Shown here piece by piece: positions 46,716 to 55,400 of a DNA stretch of 64,000 nt; positions within the stretch are counted from its first letter, which is position 1; each line of letters opens with the position of its first letter. The notes under the pieces are model-generated. The model did no database searches. It had not been told where the DNA came from and was given only the letters and a program-made list of their open reading frames with translations. A program made the translations under genes and the position numbers. The stretch lies in the NCBI GenBank assembly GCA_900548385.1, contig URKJ01000005.1:67793-131792 (forward strand). Direction: 5' to 3'. The stretch comes from an uncultured bacterium (lineage in GTDB: Bacteria > Verrucomicrobiota > Lentisphaeria > Victivallales > UBA1829).

Positions 46716-49232
46716 TCAGATTTTTTCGCGTTCGCGGTTCTCTGCGGTGTCAGGCTGAACCGCTCTGTTCAGGAACCGTTCGCGTGCCAGCTGAAACAGC
46801 CTGGCGATGGAGTAGACCATCTGAATATCACTGTCGGAGAAGATCCGCCGTTCCCGGATGAAATCCACGCTGACAAAACCATAAATCTCACCATTGATCC
46901 GGATTCCCGCAACCAGAGCGGAACGGATGTTCAGATTGCGCAGATGTTCCGTTTCACTGTAAAACTTCTTCGGCAGTTCGTCGACGTCAGAGATCGCAAT
47001 GGCGGTTTCGCTTTGAATCTGTTCTTTCCATGCGTCGATATCCGGCATGGCGGCATCCTGCAGGGAGGCCCGGACGGAACGGATGCCTTCCCGGCACCAT
47101 TCGTATTCGCAGGTTGCACGGGAGAAATGAGCGGCGGTGTAGCGGAAAATATAACAGCGGTCGGCGCCGGAATGGCTGCCGATGACGGCAAGCATGTCGT
47201 TGATGGCTGTGTGCAGATCCGGTGCGGTCATGATCCTAGTCAGGGATTCGTTGATGATCTGTTCCGCTTTGACGGCGGCATCCAACTGCCGGATCGTCTC
47301 TTTCTGCTTCTTTTCCAGCTCATGCAGTTTGGTGGTGTTGATGCCGATTCCGAGCAGCAGCCGGGTGCCGTCGGAAAGCGTGAGACTGTCTTTCATGGTC
47401 CGAACGATATATTTCTTCCCGTGTTTGTCGATCAGTGTTTCCTGAAATTCATGAAGTTTGCCTGAATTCAGTGCTTCCAGATCATCCGCGTGATATTTGT
47501 CTGCTAATTCCGGCGCATGGGAAAATATTTCGCTGTCAGTGTGTCCGATGATCTGTTCCTTGGGAAGGTTGATCATTTCGGAAAACCGGCTGTTCGCAAG
47601 CATGTAACGGAAATCGTCGTTGGCTTTTTTGACGAACAGATAGCCGGGCAGATTGTCGATCAGGGAATTGAGCAGAAGCAGGTTGTCCTGACAGAGCATT
47701 TCGTTTTTCCGTGCTTCGGTAATATCCTGAATGATCCCGAAGAATTCGCTGCCGCCGGAAGGCTTCGGCACTTTGCGGATCCGCATTTCGAAATAGAATT
47801 TCCGTCCGGGGGCGCCGGCGATATACTTCAGACTGGCGGAATCCGTTGTTCCGTTGCAGAGGCGCTGCCAGACGGACCGGAATTCTTTCATGTATTCTGG
47901 GAAAATCCACAATTCCGCCGGGACGGATTTCCCGTTCTGCATTGGCCAGAAGTGCGGATTGCGGATCGGTTGTTTGATGCGTCCGTTCAGGTCACAGCGG
48001 AAAGCGACCACTTCTGCCATCTCCGCCGCGGTTGTCAGCATCGTTTCGATTCGCCGGGTCTGATGGCGACGGTAAAGCAGGATGAACATTCCGGCGACAA
48101 GTATGAAAACACAGAACAGCACATCGGCGAGCCACTCCTGACGATACAGTCCGAACAGAGTCGGCGGAGGGTTGACAAGTTCCGTTCCGACAGGAATGGA
48201 GGAACTGGGGATGTCGAACCGTTTCAGGGTATCGTATTGAAGCAGCGTATGAGTCGGTCCCTGTTGAACGGGCAGAGAGGATGCGGGGATTCCGGAGAGC
48301 AGCTGGTATGCGATTCTTCCGGCGAGTTCTCCCTGAAGCCGTCCCGAGTTGGTGACGCCGCCTGCCGCGCCGTGTTGTACATAGGACTCGTATTTCCCGA
48401 TGATGAGTCCGGGAAATATGCTTCTGAGACGGGGAAGCACCAGGTTGCCGCCGGCAAGTTTTGTATCTTTGACGGAACTCCAGGAGTGAAAGAACAGGAT
48501 GGTTTGCGGCGGCAGGGAAAGTACTTTATTGAACATTTCATCCGTGGAATATTCATCGCCGGAGATCAGCTGAATGGGGATGTTCAGAAGAAACTGATTT
48601 TCCGCAAGCATTTCCTGATAGCTTTGCAGTTGTGCTTTCCCGGCAGCTCCCGCCTCGATGACCAGTGCGAAAGAACGGGTTTCCGGGAACAGCTTCGTTG
48701 CAAAAAACGTGTTTTGGAACCAGAGACTTTTCGTTTCGATTCCGGTAATGTTCGTTTTCCCCTGAAGTTTGAGTCCGAGAGGCCCGTGATAGGAGGCGAT
48801 CAGGATCGGCGTTCCCTCCGGCTGTGGAATCCTGCCGTCCAGAAACAGATCGGCTGCGGCATTGTCGTTGAGGATCAGCAGATCATAACTGGTGTTCTTC
48901 AGTTTGGTCCGGATTGCTTTGATATCCTCCGGTGAAGGAGAGTTTTCGAGACGATAGCGGATGCCGAGCTCGTATCCTTCGTAATGCGTCATGATGTCTT
49001 TTTGATTCAGAGTCTTTTTGATCCCTTTGCTGAGATTACTGGAAAAAGGATCGCCGGAGGTGTAGGAATCAATCTGAAGAATCCGGTATGTTTTCCCGTC
49101 CAGCCGGGGGATTGCCTGAGCCATAATGCCCGTGCAAAAAAGCAGGTACACCAATACCGCCGAAAAGAAAAAAGATGGAAAAGCAGTCTGTCTGCTGCCG
49201 GATTTTGCAAATATGAAGCCAGACCGATTCAT
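46716..49232 (-). CDS. Membrane sensor: periplasmic ABC-substrate-binding-like domain, TM helix, two PAS domains and a GAF domain, with no recognisable output domain
   Basis: The N-terminal anchor is followed by a PF04392-like pattern (NITGIE, GELAGRIAYQLLSGIPASSLPV) and a TM helix (LADVLFCVFILVAGMFILLY). Two PAS-like blocks and a C-terminal GAF-like block follow. I saw no H-box, GGDEF, EAL or HD-GYP motif. The start is ATG 49232 or GTG 49265. Confidence 0.7.
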   Translation of the reverse strand: MNRSGFIFAKSGSRQTAFPSFFFSAVLVYLLFCTGIMAQAIPRLDGKTYRILQIDSYTSGDPFSSNLSKGIKKTLNQKDIMTHYEGYELGIRYRLENSPSPEDIKAIRTKLKNTSYDLLILNDNAAADLFLDGRIPQPEGTPILIASYHGPLGLKLQGKTNITGIETKSLWFQNTFFATKLFPETRSFALVIEAGAAGKAQLQSYQEMLAENQFLLNIPIQLISGDEYSTDEMFNKVLSLPPQTILFFHSWSSVKDTKLAGGNLVLPRLRSIFPGLIIGKYESYVQHGAAGGVTNSGRLQGELAGRIAYQLLSGIPASSLPVQQGPTHTLLQYDTLKRFDIPSSSIPVGTELVNPPPTLFGLYRQEWLADVLFCVFILVAGMFILLYRRHQTRRIETMLTTAAEMAEVVAFRCDLNGRIKQPIRNPHFWPMQNGKSVPAELWIFPEYMKEFRSVWQRLCNGTTDSASLKYIAGAPGRKFYFEMRIRKVPKPSGGSEFFGIIQDITEARKNEMLCQDNLLLLNSLIDNLPGYLFVKKANDDFRYMLANSRFSEMINLPKEQIIGHTDSEIFSHAPELADKYHADDLEALNSGKLHEFQETLIDKHGKKYIVRTMKDSLTLSDGTRLLLGIGINTTKLHELEKKQKETIRQLDAAVKAEQIINESLTRIMTAPDLHTAINDMLAVIGSHSGADRCYIFRYTAAHFSRATCEYEWCREGIRSVRASLQDAAMPDIDAWKEQIQSETAIAISDVDELPKKFYSETEHLRNLNIRSALVAGIRINGEIYGFVSVDFIRERRIFSDSDIQMVYSIARLFQLARERFLNRAVQPDTAENREREKI

Positions 49233-49275
49233 TTTGTGGAACTCCCCCTTGTTTACCCCGGTCACATGAAAATAG

Positions 49276-49304
49276 CTCTATAGGGAATATAATACGGAAG
49301 AATA
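49276..49304 (-). promoter_or_regulatory. Consensus sigma70 promoter of the sensor gene (TTGACA-N17-TATATT on the minus strand)
   Basis: The plus strand shows TGTCAA at 49299-49304 and AATATA at 49276-49281, with a 17-nt spacer. This favours ATG 49232 as the start. Confidence 0.55.
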
Positions 49305-49434
49305 AATCTGTCAAGGGGGAAAGCATGAAATATCAGAATATATTGTTCATATTTTCCCTGTTACCGGACCGGGATTTCCCGGAGCCGGTGACAGAAGGGA
49401 GCGTGTTTTTCCCGTTTTCCCGAACGGCGGGACT

Positions 49435-50112
49435 TCAAAAGCGGCGGACGATGTCGGCAACGTCGATCCATTGCGTTTCCGGGTCGGAGGAAATATACGC
49501 GAGGCGCTGTTCAAATTTTTTCCATTCCGGTTCGCTGTCCTGCATTTCACAACTGTGTCCCCAGAAGTAAAAAACGCCGTTTTCCCGTTTGGCGGCTTCA
49601 AAACGGGCGATAAAGTCATCATGGCGGAAGTGGGCGGAACTTTTCAGCAGAAGCGGATTTTCGCAATCAAGCACATGCAGGGTGTTTTCCGTGGTCCGTC
49701 CGTAGAGAAAACCGGCGTCGGCGAGCCCTTTGGCGGTGTCTTCCGTGGAACAACCGGAGCCATAGACGAATCCGGGGATTTCCATTTGAAACAAGTCTTC
49801 GAGCACGAGCCGCGCCTCGGTGGCATCGTACACGAATTCTTTGACCGGGACTTTGAGCGCGTTGGCGTGAAAATAACCGTGCGATGCGATCCGGAAGCCT
49901 TTATAGATATCCGCCGCCTCTTTCAGAGAGACGACCCGGTTGACGAATCCCGGATTTTCGGGAAACTGCCATGCGCTTGTCCGGCGGATTCCCGGATACA
50001 TCAGCCCCGGATTCAGGTTGAACGTGGCTTTGGCATGACAGTTGTTCAAAAGTTCGATAAGGCGGATGTCGGTTTCGACTCCGTCGTCCCAGCAGCAGGC
50101 GACTTGCACCAT
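49435..50112 (-). CDS. CE4-family polysaccharide deacetylase/deformylase-like protein (cytoplasmic)
   Basis: A DD motif (CWDDG) and an H-x3-H motif (HGYFH) are present. The 225-aa protein has no signal peptide. Confidence 0.75.
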   Translation of the reverse strand: MVQVACCWDDGVETDIRLIELLNNCHAKATFNLNPGLMYPGIRRTSAWQFPENPGFVNRVVSLKEAADIYKGFRIASHGYFHANALKVPVKEFVYDATEARLVLEDLFQMEIPGFVYGSGCSTEDTAKGLADAGFLYGRTTENTLHVLDCENPLLLKSSAHFRHDDFIARFEAAKRENGVFYFWGHSCEMQDSEPEWKKFEQRLAYISSDPETQWIDVADIVRRF

Positions 50113-50129
50113 GGCGATACTCCGTTATT

Positions 50130-50948
50130 TTATGATTGTGTCAGATACAGCGGTTTCTGGATGGCTTCCGAATAATCAACCGTGTGTACCGGATGCCCAT
50201 CGTAGGTCAGAGTCCCGTCCGGAGATTCTCCGAAGCGGCCTGCGGCAAAATCAGCGGCGACGCGGGGAAACAGATCCCAGTCCCCTGCGCGTTTCAGAGT
50301 TTCCAGATTATGTGCGGCGACTTCTTCCAGCAGATCGCCGTTTTCCCGGAGCTCTTTCAGCGGATGACCGCAGAGATCGACCGGGATTCGTGCTGAAATG
50401 CCGGGAATGTGCCCGTGATCCATCTCCGGAGCGCCGGGTGTGAACGGCGTCGCAATCAGAACGCTGCTGCGCAGATGATCAAATCCTGCGAGGATCGCTT
50501 TCCGCACGGGAAGCGTGTGCAGACCGGTCAGCATGCGTTTTCCGTCCTGTTTTACGGTCAGATCGCCGGGGTGAACGTTCAGACACGGGAAATCTCCCAC
50601 AATATTGGTCAGCGGGACGAATCCGGCGAGAAGCCCGAAATCCGGCTGAAAAACGGCGAGCCGTTTCCGCAGGGCGTCGGTCCAAAGCTGCCGGACCCGA
50701 TACCCTTCTTCCGTTGCAATGGAGATTTTAGAGAGTCCGTGCTCCGCGTAAAAACGGAAAATATCCTCTTCGACAAGCGGGATTCCGTACTGTTCCGCCA
50801 GAAGTCGCGCACGGGACTTTTCCGGCCGGTCCGTGACGATTGCACAACAATGCCATTCTCTGCCGTATGACGGCGATGACAGCAGTTTTTCCGCGTTTGT
50901 TCCTGTTCCGCTGAGGAAAATCACGGCTTTTGCGTATTTTCTTTTCAC
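50130..50948 (-). CDS. Formyl_trans_N-fold formyltransferase (PurN-like) with a C-terminal extension of about 90 aa
   Basis: Motifs are AVIFLSGTGTNAEKLL, LLAGF and LNVHPGDL. I chose GTG 50948 as the start because an AGGAGAG Shine-Dalgarno site lies 8 nt upstream. The ORF-track start is 50999. Confidence 0.65.
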   Translation of the reverse strand: MKRKYAKAVIFLSGTGTNAEKLLSSPSYGREWHCCAIVTDRPEKSRARLLAEQYGIPLVEEDIFRFYAEHGLSKISIATEEGYRVRQLWTDALRKRLAVFQPDFGLLAGFVPLTNIVGDFPCLNVHPGDLTVKQDGKRMLTGLHTLPVRKAILAGFDHLRSSVLIATPFTPGAPEMDHGHIPGISARIPVDLCGHPLKELRENGDLLEEVAAHNLETLKRAGDWDLFPRVAADFAAGRFGESPDGTLTYDGHPVHTVDYSEAIQKPLYLTQS

Positions 50949-51067
50949 AAAAACTTCTCTCCTGATTTGAAATTTGCGCATTTGATGTATAAAATACATA
51001 GTGTTTCAATTTTCGGCAAGTGAAAAGACAAAAAAAATTAAAATATCATAATTTCAGGAGAACGAAT

Positions 51068-51640
51068 ATGATCAGAAATTTTGTCGGCAAAGTGGTGACC
51101 GCCCTGTTGATTTCCACGGGTGCCATAGCTCCCGCTGCGGCGGTTGCCGCAGCGTGGGACGGCGGCGATTGGCCGAAACAGGTGGAGGGGCGCGTGATCG
51201 AATACCTGATCATCACCGCAAACTATGAGAGTCCGCGCGATCTTGCTGCGGCGATTCAGGAGGCTACCCGCAATCCGATTCTTCTTCTGCCCGCTGCCGA
51301 TGCGGAGAGCTCCACGATCTATCTGATTCTGCCGGACGGCAAGGCACCGGTTCCGCTGGATCAGGACCAGTTCAGCGCTTACATTTCCTCGCTGAACCCG
51401 AAACGGATCGTGGTAATCGGCGACAGTTCAATCGTAAGCCCGGAATACCGTCTTGCGATCGACAAAAAGTATGAAGTGATTGACTTTGCCAGTAAAAGCT
51501 GGGTTGTCAACGCGATTTCCGCCGCCAATCTGTTCAACACGGGCAAGATCAGGACGAAGTTTGAGGAGAAACGTGCCGTGTCTGCGCAGCCGTTGCCGTC
51601 CACTGCGCCTGAGCAGACTTCCGCACCGGAGGCAAAATGA
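51068..51640 (+). CDS. Exported protein of unknown function
   Basis: A signal peptide (MIRNFVGKVVTALLISTGAIAPAAAVAAA) is present. The core pattern (LIITAN...NPILLL...RIVVIGDSSIVS) faintly resembles cell-wall-binding-repeat-2 / alpha-beta modules. The C-terminus is a P/S/T/A-rich tail. Confidence 0.55.
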   Translation: MIRNFVGKVVTALLISTGAIAPAAAVAAAWDGGDWPKQVEGRVIEYLIITANYESPRDLAAAIQEATRNPILLLPAADAESSTIYLILPDGKAPVPLDQDQFSAYISSLNPKRIVVIGDSSIVSPEYRLAIDKKYEVIDFASKSWVVNAISAANLFNTGKIRTKFEEKRAVSAQPLPSTAPEQTSAPEAK

Positions 51641-52599
51641 ATATCTTTTACCGTCTTACGCTGAATACGTTCAAGGAGTGCGTGCGGGAGCCGGTCTTTT
51701 TCCTGCTTCTGCTGGTCGGGCTTGTGCTGATCTGCGTTCTGCCGATGTTTTCCATGTTTGTGTTCCGCGAACAGGTGAAACTGGTGGTGGACAGTTCCAT
51801 GGCCGCTACAATGGTGCTGGGGCTGATTGTTGCCGCGCTGTGTTCCAGTCACACGATCACGCGCGAGATGCGCAACGGAACGGTGCTTCTGCTGCTTTCC
51901 AAACCGGTTCCGCGCTATTCTTTCATCGTGGCGAAGATTGCAGGGGTGACAATGGCGCTGACGATCTTTACGTTTGCGATGATCTCCGCATCGTTTGTCG
52001 CGGTCATGATCGCCAAAGACCAGTTCCGTCTGGATTTCGGAGCTATGGCGTTTTACTATGGCCTGCTCGCGGTTTGCGCATTGCTTGCGGCGGTGTTGAA
52101 TTACATTAAAAATATGTCGTTCACTTCCACGATCACGTTTTTGCTTGCGATGGCGCTTCCGGTGTATGCGGTTCTGCTGTATCTTGTGCGCGGTGCGCCG
52201 GATGACGAGGGATTTGTCCCCCCGCTTCAGTTTGTGACGGCGCTTTCCCTGCTGTTTCCCGCGATCTGGCTGATGGGGGCGATCTCTGCCGCCCTTGCGA
52301 CCCGTTGCGGGATCGTTACGAATCTGACGACCTGTTCGGTGCTCTTCTTCCTTGGACTGGTCTCAAAATATGTCTCGACCCGTTGGCTGGGCGGTGGCGT
52401 GCTCGGCGATCTCCTGTCTGCAGTGCTGCCGAACTGGCAGTATTTCTGGATGGCGGACGCTTTGGCGGCGCACACGCAGATACCGCTGCGCTATCTCGGC
52501 TGGGCGCTGCTGTACAGCATTATCTACGGCGGATTCTGGTCGGTCTGGGCGATGGCGCTGTTCAATGACCGCGAGGTTGCGAAAGACGCCATCAACTGA
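51637..52599 (+). CDS. ABC-2-type transporter permease-like membrane protein
   Basis: The start overlaps the previous stop (ATGA). The N-terminus (YRLTLNTFKECVREPVFF) and ITREMRNGTVLLLLSKP are typical of ABC-2/NosY-like permeases. No ATPase gene is adjacent. Confidence 0.7.
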   Translation: MNIFYRLTLNTFKECVREPVFFLLLLVGLVLICVLPMFSMFVFREQVKLVVDSSMAATMVLGLIVAALCSSHTITREMRNGTVLLLLSKPVPRYSFIVAKIAGVTMALTIFTFAMISASFVAVMIAKDQFRLDFGAMAFYYGLLAVCALLAAVLNYIKNMSFTSTITFLLAMALPVYAVLLYLVRGAPDDEGFVPPLQFVTALSLLFPAIWLMGAISAALATRCGIVTNLTTCSVLFFLGLVSKYVSTRWLGGGVLGDLLSAVLPNWQYFWMADALAAHTQIPLRYLGWALLYSIIYGGFWSVWAMALFNDREVAKDAIN

Positions 52600-52607
52600 G
52601 GGATGTC

Positions 52608-53597
52608 ATGGACGGACTGATTGCGATTCCGGCATCCGATCCCCGGATCTCTTATTCCGATTATCAGAACCGGATCGACAATGGCGGGCGTGTCGGGTTC
52701 AGCCGGACTCTGCCGAATGAAAAAAAATATAATCTGGACTCTCCCGGCGTGCGGATGCGTTTCCGCACGGATGCGCGGAGACTGGCGGTTGATCTGCTTT
52801 ACCGGGAACGCACCAATCCGCAGCGGATTCAGAACGGACTCGGCGTTTACCGGATCGACGGCAAGTCCGGAGACCGTTGGACTTTCGAGCGTTCCAAACG
52901 GGACGGCTGCAAGAATGAACCTGTTGCGGTCAAACTCCCGGCGGACGGGCAATGGCATGATTACGAACTGATCCTGCCGTATGGCGACATCGTCGAAATC
53001 CATGCGCTTCATGCCGATCCGGAGGCGGAGTTCGCCGATCCGGAACCGCGTCCGTCGTTCCGGATGGTGTTTTTCGGTGATTCGATCGTTCACGGTTTCA
53101 GTGCATCGCGTATCGACCGCACGTTTCCGTATCTGGTCGGTGAACTGCTGGAGTGCGAGGTGGTTAATATGGGGATTGCGGGTATCGGACTCAATCCCGG
53201 CGCAGCCAAAGTGCTGGGAACTCTGGCGATGAACCAGCTGGTTGTCTCCATTGGCGCCAACGACTGGCGGGAAGGGATGCTGCCGGATAAATTCCGTGTG
53301 AATCTGGAAAAATTTCTTCACGATTTCCGTTCGTTTCAGCCGGATACTCCGGTGGTGCTGGTCTCCCCAATGTGGCTTTCCGGGAAGTTCAAAGCGCCGC
53401 TGGCACACCATTCCCTGCAGGAATTCCGCGATGTCTATGCCGCGGTTGCCGCGGCTTCCGGTGATCCGGCGCTCCGCGTGATCGACGGCTCCGTTCTGAT
53501 CGACCACGATCCTGCATTGTATGAGCCGGACCATGTCCATCCGCGTGATGCGGGGATCGAACAGCTGGCGGAGCGTCTCGCGGAACAGCTGATTTGA
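52608..53597 (+). CDS. SGNH/GDSL esterase with an N-terminal beta-sandwich (CE2-like architecture)
   Basis: Four SGNH blocks are present: FFGDSIVHG, NMGIAGIG, IGANDW and DHVHP. An N-domain of about 140 aa precedes them. Confidence 0.8.
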   Translation: MDGLIAIPASDPRISYSDYQNRIDNGGRVGFSRTLPNEKKYNLDSPGVRMRFRTDARRLAVDLLYRERTNPQRIQNGLGVYRIDGKSGDRWTFERSKRDGCKNEPVAVKLPADGQWHDYELILPYGDIVEIHALHADPEAEFADPEPRPSFRMVFFGDSIVHGFSASRIDRTFPYLVGELLECEVVNMGIAGIGLNPGAAKVLGTLAMNQLVVSIGANDWREGMLPDKFRVNLEKFLHDFRSFQPDTPVVLVSPMWLSGKFKAPLAHHSLQEFRDVYAAVAAASGDPALRVIDGSVLIDHDPALYEPDHVHPRDAGIEQLAERLAEQLI

Positions 53598-53633
53598 AGT
53601 GATATTCATAAATGTATAAGGAAGAGTGAAACA

Positions 53634-54587
53634 ATGAAACTGACAGTGCTGGACGGTTATGCCGCCAATCATGATGAGATCATGCCCTGGAATGCGTTTG
53701 CGGAATTCGGTGAATACGAGGTGTTCGACCGGACCCCGCGTGAACTGGTCGTGGAACGGGCGAAAGAGTCTGAACTGCTGCTGACCAATAAAACCGTTTT
53801 GGATGCGGAGCTTATCGTCTCCCTCCCGAAGCTCCGTTATATCGGTGTTCTTGCGACCGGGTGGAATGTGGTGGATACCGTTGCCGCACGGCGTGCCGGA
53901 GTTGTGGTGACCAATGTTCCCGCATACAGCACGCAGAGCGTTGCGCAGCTTGTGTTTGCGCACATTCTCAATCTCTGCCGCGCGGTGGAGACGCATGCGC
54001 GGAGCGACTGGAGCCGGGCGGAGGATTTCTCTTATTCGCTGACGCCGCAGATTGAGCTGACCGGGCAGACGCTCGGCATCGTCGGTTTCGGCGACATCGG
54101 GCGTGCCGTCGCCGCGGCGGCGCTTGCGTTCGGGATGAATGTCGTTGTCAGTACGCGCACTCCGTCAAAAATAGATCTGCCGCAGGCCCGGGCGGTTTCC
54201 ATGGAGGAATTGCTGCGGACTGCCGATGTCGTTTCCCTGCATTGTCCGCTGACAAAGGAAAACGCGGGGCTGATGGACCGCGCAGCATTTGCCGCGATGA
54301 AACGGACGGCGATTTTCATCAACACGGCACGCGGCGGACTGGTCGACGAATCCGCGCTGGCGGAAGCGCTGCGTTCCGGTGAGATCCGTGCCGCCGGACT
54401 CGATGTGCTGTGCCGGGAACCGCCGTCTCCGGAAAATCCGCTTCTGAATCTTCCGAACTGCCGGATATCGCCGCATATCGCCTGGGCGTCGGAATCCGCG
54501 CGGAGGCGTTTGATGAAATGCGCCGTCGAGAATATCCGGGCGTTTCTGAACGGCGTTCCGATGAACGTTGTGAACGGAAAGGATTGA
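53634..54587 (+). CDS. D-isomer-specific 2-hydroxyacid dehydrogenase (glycerate/hydroxypyruvate reductase-like)
   Basis: An NAD-binding motif (GIVGFGDIGRAVA), the catalytic region NTARG...D, and SPHIAW are present. Confidence 0.85.
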   Translation: MKLTVLDGYAANHDEIMPWNAFAEFGEYEVFDRTPRELVVERAKESELLLTNKTVLDAELIVSLPKLRYIGVLATGWNVVDTVAARRAGVVVTNVPAYSTQSVAQLVFAHILNLCRAVETHARSDWSRAEDFSYSLTPQIELTGQTLGIVGFGDIGRAVAAAALAFGMNVVVSTRTPSKIDLPQARAVSMEELLRTADVVSLHCPLTKENAGLMDRAAFAAMKRTAIFINTARGGLVDESALAEALRSGEIRAAGLDVLCREPPSPENPLLNLPNCRISPHIAWASESARRRLMKCAVENIRAFLNGVPMNVVNGKD

Positions 54588-54589
54588 TC

Positions 54590-54793
54590 ATGACGATAGA
54601 ATTCAATGGTGTTCGGGAAGATCTGGCGGAACCGGTGACGATTGCCGCGTTTTTCCGGTTCAAAGGGATTTGCAATCCCAATCTGATTCTGGAACTCAAT
54701 GGAGAAATCCTCGCGCCTGCCGCGGACTTGGAATGTATTCCGTTGAATGACGGCGACCGGTTGAATGCGTTTTCGCTGGTCGGAGGAGGATGA
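54590..54793 (+). CDS. thiS: ThiS/MoaD-type sulfur-carrier protein
   Basis: The 67-aa protein ends in the diglycine tail ...FSLVGGG. The ATG lies 3 nt after the upstream stop. Confidence 0.8.
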   Translation: MTIEFNGVREDLAEPVTIAAFFRFKGICNPNLILELNGEILAPAADLECIPLNDGDRLNAFSLVGGG

Positions 54794-54797
54794 GAAC

Positions 54798-55397
54798 ATG
54801 CAGGTGAACCGTTATCTGACGCGGGAGGAAGCGGAACGGCTGCAGGATGTGAAGATCGGCATCGGCGGAGCCGGCGGGCTCGGTTCAAATGCCGCCATGC
54901 ACCTGGTCCGGGCGGGGATCGGACACCTTGTCATTGCGGATTTCGATACAGTGAATGAAAGCAACCTGAACCGTCAGTTTTTCTTTTGTGATCAAGTCGG
55001 CAGGCTGAAGACGGAAGCGTTGGCGGAAAATCTGTGGCGGATCAATCCGGATCTCCGGCTGGAGCTTCATTCCGTGCGGGTGACGGCGGAAAACATTCTC
55101 CCGATTTTTGAAAGCTGTGATCTGTTCATCGAGGCGTTTGACGGAGTGGAATCGAAAGCCCTGTTTGTGCATGGGCTTCTGCCGCTCGGACGTCCGGTGA
55201 TCGCCGCAAGCGGACTTGCGGGATGGGGTGCGACCAATGCGATGCAGGTCCGCAAAGCAGGAAACAATCTGTATCTGGCAGGCGATTTGAAGTCCGGGAT
55301 CGGTGAAGAACTGGCTCCGCATTCCGCACGGGTCGGCATTGCCGCCGCGCAGGAGGCCAATATTGCGCTGGCGCTCCTGCTTGGAAAAGAGATCTGA
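54798..55397 (+). CDS. thiF: ThiF-family adenylyltransferase (short form)
   Basis: Motifs are GIGGAGGLGSNAAMHLVRAGIG and DFDTVNESNLNRQ. It is 199 aa from ATG 54798. Confidence 0.8.
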   Translation: MQVNRYLTREEAERLQDVKIGIGGAGGLGSNAAMHLVRAGIGHLVIADFDTVNESNLNRQFFFCDQVGRLKTEALAENLWRINPDLRLELHSVRVTAENILPIFESCDLFIEAFDGVESKALFVHGLLPLGRPVIAASGLAGWGATNAMQVRKAGNNLYLAGDLKSGIGEELAPHSARVGIAAAQEANIALALLLGKEI

Positions 55398-55400
55398 CGG

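Noticed and set aside
49363-49389. The GC-rich interrupted inverted repeat ACCGG-A-CCGGGA-TT-TCCCGG-AG-CCGGT downstream of the CE4 gene, considered as a terminator.
   Set aside because: No T-tract follows it on the minus strand, and the central loop is only 2 nt. It may be a protein-binding site or a coincidence, so it is not called as a feature.
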